Below are positions 34,994 through 47,929 of a stretch of DNA of 64,000 nt, piece after piece. The stretch is from Trichodelitschia bisporula (taxonomy: Eukaryota). Below the pieces are notes generated by a model that saw nothing but the letters and a program-made list of their open reading frames with translations, was not told the origin of the DNA and made no database searches. The position numbers and the translations under genes were made by a program. Numbering within the stretch: the stretch's first letter is position 1; every line of letters starts with the position of its first letter. The DNA lies in the NCBI GenBank assembly GCA_010356995.1, contig ML996694.1, positions 185,224-249,223 on the forward strand, written 5' to 3'.

Positions 34994-37549
34994 AGGAATA
35001 CAGTTGGGTTTCGGGGCTTTGTGTGCGATGAGGGTGACAGGAGGGATTGGTCTGCGATGTGGACGGCGATTTTGGGTTGGGGTTGTGATGGCGGAGCGAG
35101 GGAAGGTGGTGGAGTTGAGGTGAGTGAGAGCTATGCCGGGAAGTCGAGGTCGGCCCGGTTAACGCGGCTGCGGCTGCGGCTATTTGGTACCCACCGTACC
35201 ATACCCGAAATGTCGTCATGGCCGGCAGGGTCGGCAGGGTCATCGCCCCTCTCTGCCCCTTCATTCCCGTCGGGCTCTCCATAGCCACATGCTCGACATG
35301 CGGCTGATGGCTCAGTTCGGCTGGCCGACATACGTTATGGTAACCGACCCCCACCTATCCATCCCCTAACCCAAGCCAGCCATGCCGAATGGCACCACAG
35401 TTGCCAAGCCAACGCGCTGCGTAGTCGGAGCGAGCCCATCTTCGCCATGGAAAACGCGCCGCATCCGCTGATAACCGGGTATTTACTTGTCGACAGTGCC
35501 GCATTAACAAGGGCTCATATATGCTGAGTATCTGGGCGGCGCATGTGATGCTGTCCCCTCGTCTGCCCCGCGCTGCACGTGGGGAGTGCAGGTGCGCGGG
35601 GTTACAGCGCCGCGCTCCATCGCTCGGACGGAGGGATGCGGGGCGGGACGGGGTGTGAGCAGACTTGGGTGCCGAAGGGGGGGGGCTGCTTTCATATGCG
35701 CCGTTTCTAAGTGGGGGAGAGAGCCGGGGTGCGGTGCAGGACGCGGGAACGTCCGCGGGCGCCGCGCTCTGCGGTGGATTGCAGCGTGAAGAAAGGAGAG
35801 CCGCAATGCTTAATGGGGGTGTTATAGGCGGGGATTTGGAGTGGGGGATTGTTGCTGCTGCTGCTACTGTGGGTTGCTTGGAGGTTGAGTTGCTTGATGA
35901 GAGTGATAACTGCAGACAAGCGGGGCAACGTGTCGGGTTCGCAGCAAAAAGTAAATTTGGTGCTATGGCGCCAATGGTGTTGACGGTGGGGGGCAAAGCG
36001 GGGCATTGACGGTGTGGGTGGTGGGTGGTGATAGGGAGGGGATGCGAGAGAGAGGGGAGAATGAGGTGATAGTTGAGGGGACGAGTGAGGGGATGCATTG
36101 ACGATGATGAGGGGGTTATGGTCAGCGGTAATGGATGGACGGTGAGCGCAGATTGATGGAGGGATGGATGGAAATGATGCTGTCGTTGTTGTTTCTGCTG
36201 CCAGCTGATTTCTCCCATTCCTTTCCCGCTTCTTTTCGTTGTGCTTGTCGGTGATCTCTGTCTGTGATCTCTATCAGTGATCTTAATCGACACAGTTGCT
36301 TACAACCCGCGATAAAACCCCCATTCTAAGTGATCCTATCCATCAATATCCTCGTCCATTAGAGTATCCAAGGAAGTGGTTTACGTCCCAGCATCCACAT
36401 CTGCATCCACGTCCGTCATCCATCATCCCCCGTCCAAGAGGTGGTTTACATCCCAGCATCCGGCCGGAGATTGCCTCGACACTAAAAAGAGAGAGTGCAA
36501 AGCGTACATTGGTGAATTGAAGACAAAGGAGCAAGCAAGAGAGAAAAGGCAGGCAAGACAGGACACTTCTTACGCGAAGTGGCCAAGTACTACGTAAAGA
36601 CATAGGCCAAGTGTTCCGTCAAGAAGAGGTTGAGCGACAGCGTGAATGAGGACATCGGTCCGTGCGCTTCGTGTGGTGTCGGGAGTGACAGACGAGCCTT
36701 TTTTTTCTTCTTTCTTCTCTTTTTCTTCCTCACCTCTCTCTCACTTCCGTCCTCTTTTCTCTCTTCTCCTTCTTCCGCATCGTCTTCTTCAATCTCGGCC
36801 ACTCCCGACTCCGTCCACTAAACTCTACCCTCTCCTCAACTTCGCCGTCGTTTACCCGTCCCGTCCCATCCCGTTCTCCCTCCCCTCCCTCCTCCCTCTT
36901 CTTCCTCCTACGTATCCTCATCAACAACACGCCCTCACATTTGGCCTGGAGTCTTCTCAATCTCCAGCGAATCCTCTCAACCGCCTTCTCAACAACCCTC
37001 GTCAACCCCCAACCCCTTCCCCTCTACATCCACACCCGCGGCCGTTGCCATCATCTCTCAATCCTGTAAACAAACTTTCCCTCCCCTTCACCTCTCACCT
37101 CCTGCAACAACCTCGCAATCAATTCGCACTCCCATCTCATCTCTGCACATAACCCAACATCTCCCATACTCAATATCTTCAATCACTGCAACTCTATCCG
37201 GGCCGCAGCGTCCCGGTCTTCATCGTCCCCTGTGCAACCCGCTCCCTCGGTAAGTTGTTTCTGGAACCCTCGCCGCGCCCGCACTCCACCCCAATCCCTC
37301 CCCTCTCATCATCTCCCCCCCAGACAAGACAACCCCCGACCCGCCAAAAATATTTTCACCTTTCCTCCTTCCCCCCTCCCTCCTCCCACCCCCCACCTTC
37401 AGCATTCCCGCATCGCCGCCATCGAGGCGGCTATTCGTTTATTTCTTTTGCGTCTCTGCATCGTCGATTCGTCAGCTAATCAGTCGGGACAAAAGTTGCC
37501 CCACCCGCTCCTTTCATCGTCAACCGGCTTCGTGTCCGCGACCTCGACA

Positions 37550-39083
37550 ATGTCATACTATGGAAGCAACTTCATATCATCCACTCCCGGACGTCAGGCG
37601 TCTTGGGAACAGCCGCCCCCGGGCTCTCAGTCGCAACACCAGCAACAGGCGCAGCACCAGCATCAGCAGCAGTTGCAGCACCAACAGCAGCAGCAGCACC
37701 AACAGCCGCCGCCTTCGCGGTCCGGTACGTACACTGCCAGAGTATCCTATCACAATTAAGCTAACACTCCGCGAGGCACTTCCTCGGTTGTGAACAATGC
37801 CGTTGGGAACAATGATGAACCCAACTCCTTCGCTTACCAGTTTGCGGGTACGTGCATAACAATTCCCCATGTGCCTTCCAACATGGTCATCTGCTAACAG
37901 CAACACCAGAGGTCGACCGTGCCATTGATAACCTCGTCAAGAGCGGCAAGATGCCCTTTGGCGTCTCCGGCGGCCCGCGTCGTGAGTCGATGCCACTGGT
38001 ACCTCGTCAGTTCCCAGAATACGGTACGTTCACGTTGTCCCCCAGTCCCAATCGCTGCTTACCCTGACCTCAGATGCAGGTCCCTCGCGCCACCACTCGG
38101 TGAGCGACTTTGACGGCATGCGTCCGCCGTCGGCCTCCAACCTGCAGAGCTACTACGCCTCGCAGCGTTTCGCCCCGCGCCCCACGGACGCCGACCAGGC
38201 GCTCCAGGCCAAGCGCCGCCTCGCCGCCCAGCGCGAGCGCGACCTACGCAACTACCATCAGGAACAGCAATACCAGAAGCGTAAGCCCGCCACCGCCGCT
38301 ACTCCCACCGACTCGGAATATCCTTCCGCTCACCGGTATATGCTTGCAGACATCTCGGCCGCCAAGTCGGACCGTTCTATGAGCCCGAGCACGGGCATGA
38401 ACGAGGACGAGCGCCGTGAGCTCATTGCTCGCCAGCACCGTGCCCTCTACGGGCAGGAATCTAGCCTCTACGCCGAGGCCGGCCGCCAAGGACCTGGAGG
38501 CCACGGCGGCAACAATGTCAGCCAGGACGCGCGCGTTGCGGGCCTGCGCGGCCCGTCGCCTCTCGCATTTGATCCCTTCGGTCAGAACAATGCTGGTGAG
38601 CCGGCGGTGCAGATGCCGCCGCGCGATCACGGCCACGGCAAGGACGCCCAGGGCGGTGCCCAGCGCTCCCGCGCGAACAGCACCTCGTCGCCTTCGTCGA
38701 ACCCTCCTGCGTCGTTCAGCCTGTTCGATAATGCGCAGCAGTCGAGCCGTACCTCGACGTCATCGCCTGGCGGATCGCCGCCGCGGCAAGGCGGACAGGG
38801 CTCCGTGGCCCCGATTGGCACGCGGCCTGGAGGCCAGGCTGGGCAAGGCCAGGTTGGCCAGGGGCTGCAGAAGCGGTCGACGACGCCGCTGCCGTCGCCG
38901 CTCAGCTATGGTTTCTCCGCTGCCGACCATCAGGGGAATGAGCGGTCCACGTCCGCGTCGTCGAATCCCGGTACCGTTGGCGGTGGGGAGAAGGCCGGCG
39001 TGGGCCTGGGCTGGGGAAGCAACAGCGGTGTTTGGGGAAGTGGCAAGAGTGGTCTGGGCGTGCAGGCGTCTGTGTGGGGTTGA
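37550..39083 (+). CDS. Conserved hypothetical fungal protein (Gln/Ser/Gly-rich)
   Basis: Spliced: MSYYGSN...RQASWEQPPP...PSRS|G...YQFA|EVDRAIDNLVKSGK...|...AKRRLAAQRERDLRNYHQEQQY...ERRELIARQHRALYG...VQASVWG*; canonical GTACGT/GTAAGC donors with branch sites. Confidence 0.82.
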
Positions 39084-40180
39084 TTTTATCCTCGGTGTTC
39101 ATTGATTGATGGGAGGGGTTTTGGGGATCAGAGGTTTTAAGGTGGTGTCTGCGCTTTTGAGATTGTTGCTTTTTTCTTTCATTCGGGTTTCTGGGGTCGG
39201 AGGGTTCGGAGGGGCACGGTTTCTGGCGCTCGTAAGTGTGTCGTTGTTTTGAGTGGCTATTGCTTGCTATTCCTTTGTCTCCTTTTCTTATCAAGGGTGT
39301 GAATCGGGGAGTGTAAGTCGGATCAAAAATACGTGTGTCGGTGGGAAATGGGAAGGGGGGTGGTGTTGTCTTCGGTGCTTACTGCCGGCTGCTTACTGCC
39401 GGTGGGTATGGTTGGGGACGGCGATGACGGTGGCGGACGGGTTGTGGATTGGGGGGAAATACTGGGAATACCGGGCCTCTCTTATTCGGAGTTTGAGTGT
39501 CTTCCCTCGATTCACTGGTATGGGGATTGGGGTCTCGGGGGTAGGGGTAGTGGAGTGTGGTAACTGTCGGTGCTGGCTTGGCTGGGTGCATCCTTTCGTT
39601 TTTGCGAGTGGTTAGGGAAATAATGCGATGGTTTTCGGGCGCGTGTTGCTGTTTGGTTTTGCGATTTCGATATCCGGAAAAAGAGGGGGACTGCATATCG
39701 GGCACTCGGGCACGGGGGTTGGGTGGGGGGTTCTTTCTACCTTTTTTCTACGGGTTTTGGGGTTTTTGGGGGGGGGGGGGGATGTAATGGGAGTTTGGGG
39801 AGGTAGATAGTAATGAAGGTTGTGTTTGGCGGTACTGGGAGATGTGATGTTGTAAGTGACGAATCACTCATGATCTGAGGGCTCGGTAACGGTCCACGGT
39901 CCGAGACGGGTAGCCATCGGGTCTTCGGGAGGGAGTTCAAGGCTAATCTGTGTATGGTGGCTCATGGTGACGGGTTGGGATTTGAACGATCGGATGGTTG
40001 GATGGTCTGTCATTAGGCTACGCTATGCTATGCCGTGGTGCTCGTGAATGAATGCTCCAAAGGATGGTGGGTATTTCCAACGCCGAAATGCAACCTCAAT
40101 GCCCCTCTCCGTCTCCCCTTCGTAAATCCCGCAGACTTCCAAACCTTGCCGCGACGACCGAATCGGACCCGTCATCGTCG

Positions 40181-40685
40181 CTATATCCCGCCCTTCTCCC
40201 CGAACCGAACTTTCACCTCTTGTTCTCTCCCTTCAACATCCCATCTGTGCTCCCTCCTCCCTCCGCGCATGCACCGCGCGTCCTCCCACGCCGCCCGCGC
40301 AGCGCACGCCTCGACAGCAGACCACGCCAACAGCGCGCACGCGGTCATTCGACACGACTCATGGCCCGTGGGTGACGGGGCAGGGACGACGAGGAGGAGG
40401 AGACGCAGAGGCAGCGTAAGAGCAACATGCGACCCCAATGCCAGGGCGAAAGTCGCCAGTAGTGTCGGATGGGCGAAAAGTACGCCGACGAGCCCGGTGA
40501 CGCCGGTTAGATTAAGGGCGGCCGCGTAAAGAGACAAGATGGGAGACACCCGAGGGAGGTAGAGGAAAATGGCGAGCGCGGGGAGTAGGAGCGCGAGCGA
40601 TGTGCTCGCGATGAGGAAGCTGTGCGGGTTAGAGTTGGTCGCGTGCCCGAGGGTGTACATACGAGCTGGCTCGTGGGAGGGGCAT
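40181..40685 (-). CDS. Small multi-pass membrane protein (~154 aa)
   Basis: ATG 40685, intron 40662-40620 (GTATGT...CTAAC...CAG) joins MPLPRASS in frame to a hydrophobic ORF with about four TM segments. Confidence 0.62.
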
Positions 40686-43600
40686 TATGGGTCTGTCTCA
40701 CGGCGCAGGAGATAATTGATGCTTGACGGGCGTTGAGATGGGCGCCGCGGCGCGGATGGGTAGGCAGGCGGATATGGTGGTGATGTTTTGTTGTTGTTGC
40801 AGGTGCGGTGGGGTCGAAGTCCCTTCACCCCCCGCCCGCCCCGCCGGATGCCCCGGATGCAAGGCTTGCTCGGCGCCCGGCGGGGAGGGGGGTTTGGGAA
40901 GAGTGACGTCGGAAGGCCGCGGAGGTTGGGCGGGGCCGATGCGGCGGTTGCGGCTCCAGGCGCGCGGTCGTCGCGATGCGGGTACTGCATGCGCTTGTTG
41001 ACGGTTGGTGGTGGTGGCTTGGTGGCGTTTGGTGGGGATTTTGATGGGTGGGATTGTTCGGCTTCGACTCCGACGACCGTGGGTTTGGGCTGAGCTTGAG
41101 CCCGCGACACAGAGTGCTGCTGAGGAGCTATTGAAGGGCTATCTACGCGCGCGTCAGTTTATCCTCCCACGCGTCAAGCTCCAGCTTCACCGCTACAGAT
41201 CGCCCAACCTCCCGGCCACGATGCACGATGCACGATGCACGATGCACGCGACCACCTGCCGCTATCGTGTGGACTCGGCGGCACAGCGGGGAGCCGACGG
41301 CTAGCGCTCGGGTAGCTGCTTCGGGCCTCGAGAGTCGCGTCGGCATCATGCACCCGGCGTACGGCCGAACAATCGACTCGCCAATTGTCGGCTCATATCT
41401 CGTCTAGCGTCATGCCTACTCGCATGCTGCCAGCTACCGAATCACTGATTGTCAATTCATATCTCCTGTGGAGTTACGCATGCTCGCGTGCTGATAGACA
41501 CCACTTCCCTAACTGCCGGAAAATCCAGCGCTCGGCTGAGCCGTACAGTAGTGGTTCGTGGCGTCGCAGCGAGTAAAGGGGATATATATCGCGTGCTCCT
41601 ATTCTGAGCACCGCTATCGCCGCTATAGCTGGGATACCATCTCCGCGATAGAAGCCAACGCCTCAGCCCTCCATCGGGTAACCGATACGATCTCCGCCAC
41701 CTTCCCGCGGCGCTCCGGGACAATATACACGATCGCCAACGTCAAACTGCGAATCTCGTTCCTGTCGCAGACACAGCGTTCTTCACCATCCACCATCTCC
41801 TCAGGTACAGAACCAAGCCGTCGTGGGACTCGTGCTTTCCCATCTCTAGTTTCCCCTTTCCCCGCAACAGCGAGATCGGGCACGCGATTCGAGGCTTGGA
41901 ACACCGAGCCTAGGGACGGACATGCGGCTTTCCCGTATCCGCGGATTTTCGAACCCTCGGCTGACTCCGCACACTGCGGCTGCGGGTGCGGGTGCCCTAC
42001 CGTGATGCCTAGGGACGACGCACTGCTTGGCTGGGGAACTCGCTTCTCGAAGACTCGCTTCGGCCGGGGGTTCGCTAGGGGTACGTTCCACGCATCCTTC
42101 GCTGCATCCATACCCCCGCCTCCACCACCTCCGCAGCTCGCCACCCGCCCGCTCCAGGCACCGACTATCAAAGGCGGGGAACGTGAAGATCACCTCCAGG
42201 CCATACGTCCAGAATCTCACCGCCCGTATCCAGCCACGCTGGTCCGCGGGCCTCGTGATAAGCGGGTTGGAATCGGCAATCCATACTCGCTGTCCGCGAG
42301 CATCCGCAGGATCCTGCGCAACTGGCTGACGGGCTTTGTGGCCATTCATCTGCCCCCGGTGGAGCGCGTACCAGGCTTCGCATGTTGCGCGCCATATTGC
42401 GCGGATATTCTTCGCCCCGCCCATGCCGGTCACGGGCGGGATGCCGGGGCAACCCATATCGCGGGCAATATGGCGGGGTGCGTGGACGGGCTGTGGGAGG
42501 GGACTGAGTGGTCACATGTGATTCATCCGAGGATTTGGCGCCCAGGCGCCGGGCTGCGGATCAGTTGCGGCGGATGGATCTGGATGGGGGTGCCACCGGT
42601 GACATGATGGCTGGGAGGCGAACTCGAGAAGAAGAGGATCGTTGCTCCGGATACCTGCATCAGGTACCCGCGGAGAATATCGCCTTGCGCCTCTGCCTGC
42701 CCCCCCCCCACGACCCCCAGCGAAGCCATATGAGTAGGATTGGATAATCTTACGCCATCACACGCGAGCGATGTGTGAAGCCCCGTGGAAGGACTTCCCG
42801 GGCGCACATCATCCCCCGCATTCTCTGCCTCTTGGCCGTCAAGGCCGAGTGTCCGAGTGTAGTGTGCCCACAGGCGCTCCCTCTCGGCGCCGCCTATCCT
42901 TCGTTCCCCGCTACGGTACGAGCAAAAGTATCAAGTGAACGAAACCGCAAAGCTTAACTCCCGCATCACGACCGCTTTTACGCCGGCCCACGCCCGCCCT
43001 CCCACTACAGTCATCAATCCGCCGGCGCCGCCGCGCCCACACCCGCGGATACCCAGTCGCCCACCCAGCGCTGGTGACGCTGGTCGGGTCGCGTGTTAAC
43101 GGGCAGGGAAAAGCTAAGCACAGCGCAGGGGTTCGCTGGTAGCCCTGCCCGCCGCCGAATCACCTGGAGTTACGGTGTTTGCGAAGTTTCAGCTTGAGGC
43201 GCCTTGGTCGGCGAGGCTGGAAGCGGGACCGCGCTAGGCCGGATTGGGACCGCGAGGCTAATATATCGTCTATGACGGTGAAGGCAAATAGATTGCGCGA
43301 GGGTGTGAGAGGATGGTGAGAGCGATATGGGCAATCACGATGCTGACCGGCCTTCCTGGCTTCCGACCCGATGAGACCCCGCTGTAATGTCCGGCGCTCG
43401 CGTGGGCGGGCGCTGGAGCGAGTGTGTTTATTTGGGCCCGGGGGAGGGAGCGTGGATTCGATCTAGCGCAGCTGGTGACGAGATTCTTTGCTCTCTGCAC
43501 GGTTCGCCACGGGCTCGTTTCGGTTGGTTGGGTTTGTGAGGGCGTGTGTGTTAAAACGCTCGAGCGTCCGTGTTCTTTGCTTTGCTTTGCTGAGCCGGGC

Positions 43601-43688
43601 CCCGATCCTCACCTCCCTCCACCCACTTGCAACACACATTCGGACCAACCCCGCCACTCACTTACCAATTGCGAAGACATCGTGAGCA

Positions 43689-44823
43689 ATGGAGAACGCC
43701 AGCTTCGGCGCGCAGATGCGCTGCCTCTCTGGCACTGCAGAGGCGCGCAAGAAGTGCCGCGCTGCCTGCACGGTCGACACATGTCCGCTCATCCTCAGCT
43801 ACTGGGGATACCGGCCTAGTATCCCCATCAACGCCGCTTTTCTGGGTATCTTCGCCGCGTACACCATCCTGCTCGTCATCCAGGCGGTTGTCAGCCGGCG
43901 GTTTAAGAAGTACACCGCTGTTGTGATGATCGGTACGGTGATGGAGGTCATTGGGTACATTGCGCGGATATACGCCTACTCGTATCCGTTCAGCGACGTC
44001 AGTCCCTCGTCCCGTTTTTCGTATCATTGTGGCTAATATCCTGCAGCTCAGCTTCATAACCCAACTCACCTGCCTCACCCTCGCGCCCGCCTTCTTCGCC
44101 GCGGGGATCTACTTCTCCCTCCAACGCATCGTCATGGTCTTCGGCGGGCAGAACAGCCGTATCGCGCCGCGGCTCATCCCGCGCATCTTCATCAGCTGCG
44201 ACGCCGTGTCTCTCGTGCTGCAGGGCGGCGGCGGCGCACTGGCGGCCTGGTACGCGCAACACGAAAAGATGCCTGATAACGGGAATTACACTATGATCGG
44301 CGGGCTCAGCTTCCAAGCCCTCACACTGCTCGCCTTCCTGTGCCTGAGCGGCGACTTCGCCATCCGCACGGTCAAGGCGAAGAAGAAGTACGGCGACCAA
44401 GCCATGAACGAAGACCTGGTCTCTCGCCGTCTACGCCGAAGCAAGCCGTTCCAGTGCCTCCTCGTTTCGCTCGCGACTTCAGCCGTGCTCATTTTCTTCC
44501 GCAGTATTTACCGCGTCGCCGAGCTGAGCGAGGGGTGGAAGGGGCACCTAATGACGACAGAGAAGTTCGTCATTTTCTTCGAGTTCATCCCGATTGCCCT
44601 CGCGGGCTTCCTGCTCTCCATCTTCCACCCCGGGTTCTGCTTCCGCGACGACCCGCTCCCGGTTTCTCTCACTGAAATGCCGCCTACGCCTGAGAACAAG
44701 GCGCCTGTCCGGACCGTCCGTCGCTGGAATGAGAAGGCGGGGAAGTGCGAGGTTGAGCTTGTGTATGAGGAGGATGGGCGGCATGTGCAGCGTGGACCGG
44801 AGCCGGGACGGATGGAGCGGTGA
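43689..44823 (+). CDS. RTA1/Rsb1-family lipid-translocating exporter
   Basis: SYWGYRPS, MEVIGYIAR, LAPAFFAAGIY, FISCDAVSLVLQGGGG, RSIYRVAELSEGW; intron ~43998-44046. Confidence 0.93.
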
Positions 44824-45859
44824 TCGTCACAATGCACGAGAGAAGCAGCATTTTCATGTTTGGAAGGGCAGGAGTCAGTCCCGCTCGGCAACGCGGTCGC
44901 CCTCGCCGGTAGCGTCGAACAAAAACGATGGAGTTTGGCGGAGCAGGGCAGGAGAATGAAGGCAGGGGGAGGGTTGAATCCGGCGCATGGGACACTTTGT
45001 GGGATATATTTTTCTAGACGCTACGGGTGGGGCGGGGCGATACTCATTACCATTAGCACAACCTGCTGTCGAAACTTCGACAGCGGAAGAATTGGAAATA
45101 TCACTTTTCAACCGACAGTGTGGTGAGCTCTGGTGACATCACCACTGCTTTCTTCTTCCATTGCCACTCAGTGCAGCACAGCCCACATACGCGGGTATGT
45201 GGAGAGAGATGTGAAGTGGGAATATCCCTGCATCTTGCTCTCCGCTTAACATACCTCTCACGACCCTCGCGCACCTCGGCGCCTTGCCCTCCCCCGCGTT
45301 GCGGATAGACACGTGCCAAGGAGCCGGGGGGTGGGGGGAAGTGGAGAGAGGGCACGAGACATGGCGGTGGGAGGCTTTAGGCGGTAGGTCTTTTGGATGT
45401 GAGCATGTTATTGCGGGCTGGGAGCATACTTGGGGAGAATAGAGTTGTAGGTTGCGCGGCGATGACGCTCTTACCCACAGCCCCAGAGAGTGAAAGGGCA
45501 CGACTCGCAACCCACGCTACGCTACAACAGGGCCCGCAAAGGGACGACCGCGCCACTCCGCGCCCCAGCACAGAGTGCGGATGTGGGGAACATCGCTGTG
45601 GAAGGAGATGATTAGCGGCGTGGCTAAGATCGGCGGTGGATCGTCTGGAGGGATGCGGATGCGGCTGAAGCGGGGTTGGCGTACTTCTAGAAAGTAGAGA
45701 GGGTGTTGCAGAGAGAGAGCGGGATATCCGGGAGCGAAGTTACGAGGGCAGGCGGAGCTCGAGGCACGGGCTCTAGTTACATGTATGATGACGGTAGCGG
45801 CGTCCGCGGAAATCCCATTACCGTACACAGCACTCCCAAGCCCACCATAAACCCATTCC

Positions 45860-46695
45860 TTAAAACTTCTCCTCCACCTTCCCCTCCGCAGTAATCAGTT
45901 TCCAAAGATCCCCCTGGAAGCTCTGCGCGCTCCCCAAGATCTTCCTACTCCACTCCGTCCCCACAACCAACTTGACCTGCTCCGCCGGCACCTCCGGCTC
46001 GTCGTACTCGTGCAGCGCGAGGTAGGTCCCGTAGCCGTGGCCCGGCGCGCCGGGGGCGCGCTTGTACCGCGTTGAGCGCCGGAAGCCGGTGACTGTGCCG
46101 AGCATGTCGAGGTGCTGCTTGCGGTACCACTGCTGGGGTTAGCGGGATTTGAAAGGAAGGAGGTAGGGAGGGGCCCAGGAACGCACCTCGTCGAATTCGT
46201 CATCCGTGCCCTCCGCCGGCTCGACGAAGACGGTGCGCAGGCCGGTGCCGCGGGGGCCTGGAGGGCCGAGTTAGCATCCGTGTTGAGCGCGCACCCGAGC
46301 CTCGGTCCTAACGGGCCGATCACGTGGGCCTTGAGGCGGAAATACATACCCGCCTTCTCAACCTGGCCCTCGAACGTCTGTATACGCAAAAAGGGCATCA
46401 GGGCAGCGTCCGTGTACTCAGTCCAGAGATTGCCGCCGAAGATCTCATGTGTCAGCGGGATAGAAGCCATGACATCCTTATCCTGGAGCTTGGCGAGGTC
46501 GGGCAGGCGGTAGATGGCGAGATAGCGCCACTTGGGCTCCGGTGCGACGTTGATGTAGCGCAGGGCGAGGTCGGCGAGGCCGCTCTTGACTACGTCTTGG
46601 ATGTGGACAGTGTTGTACCATTTGTTGAAGTCGTCTTCGGAGATTCCGCCGGGCTTGGGCTGGGAGAGGACGAAGAGGAGGCCGGGGGTTGCCAT
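45860..46695 (-). CDS. EthD/Dabb-like dimeric alpha-beta barrel protein (two repeats)
   Basis: FNKWYNTVHIQD and FDE|WYRKQHLDML repeats, YLAIY/YLALHEYD; two introns. Confidence 0.8.
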
Positions 46696-47929
46696 TGTGG
46701 GTTTTCGGTTGAGGAGTTTGCTGAGGGGTACTGGAGATGTAATTACGGCCTGAGTATCGTTGTCTCGAGGTCCCTTATACTTTCTCGGTTCGCCGAACCT
46801 AGGCTTAGCTACCCCTCACGCCGGCGGAGCCGGCGTGGTAGGGGTAAGGTTCTCAGCCGACGACATCTCCGACACGGCGATCCGTAGGGCGCGGGCGCTT
46901 AGAAATGCGGAGTGGGACTCAGTTGTTGGGGGATGACATGCGAAGAGGAGCGGGGGGTGTAGCTTGTGATATGTCAGCAGAGACGAGGGTCAAGGGCCGC
47001 CTCAAGAAGTTGCGGCCACTTTCTCTGAGCGTGTTTGCGATAATGAGTAGCCATGACTTCTTTTAGATGACTTTCGAACTGCTGGGGATGTAATCCGGGC
47101 CGCTCGAGAGGTCGTAGCCGTTCTTTTATGCAGTTTTGCGGACGGGCGCGGCTGCGACTTCTTGGTTGCCTTTTCATGGCAGTGAGCCTCGGCGCAAGGC
47201 ACGATTGGCCAAGGTGTGCACGTAATCGAGTGATCTTTGACGGCGCAAGTGAGATCGCAGATCCACTTTGAAACACGATGTGAAGAGGAAAAAGCTTCAT
47301 CAACTCAATCCCAACCTCATGAAACGCATTGCATACGGACGCACTGGATATCAAACTTTGAAGTCACGTGCTCGTCTCCTGTCCTTCACACGCCAAGCCA
47401 GCATGGAAAGACCCGATTGCGTGCGCCATCCCGATGCCACGCCTCCAGCCACGCCCAGCCCCACGCCTCGTGGGAATTGAGGCTCAACTGCGCGTGGCTC
47501 GTCGCTCAACATGTCGGGGGACGAAGCACGCGAATGACAGACGGAGAAAAGAAGCGATGCATCGCCGTCTTGTAATCTCGCCTCTTTCGACGATCAACAA
47601 CAAGCATTATCTTCCGCCTTTCTTCTCTGTCCTTCCCCTATCGTCAATCCGCAACCCATCCCTCCCCCTTCCCCCAAGTCTCACGCAAAACTAATTAAAG
47701 CAACACCTTGGCAGCCGCGTACCCACCGTCCCAAACCAGCTAGCTCCCCTCCAAGCCTCCCAAGCCCCCCCAAGCCTTCCAAGAAACCCCAAGACCCCAA
47801 GAAAACGTTCCAACTCCAACCTCGCCGCTAGAAACGTCCCTCCGCAATGCCATCAGTCGTCCCAGAATCACCGTCACCACCCCGTCTTCACGCGCCCATC
47901 TCCGCGCCCATCTAACAAACAGCACCCCA

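Noticed and set aside
35355..36293. 312 aa minus-strand ORF
   Set aside because: Low-complexity translation of a G-rich tract with no domain; a non-coding transcript cannot be excluded.
41558..42607. 349 aa ORF and its antisense ORFs
   Set aside because: No recognisable motifs; GC-rich intergenic sequence upstream of the RTA1-family gene, where long chance ORFs are common.
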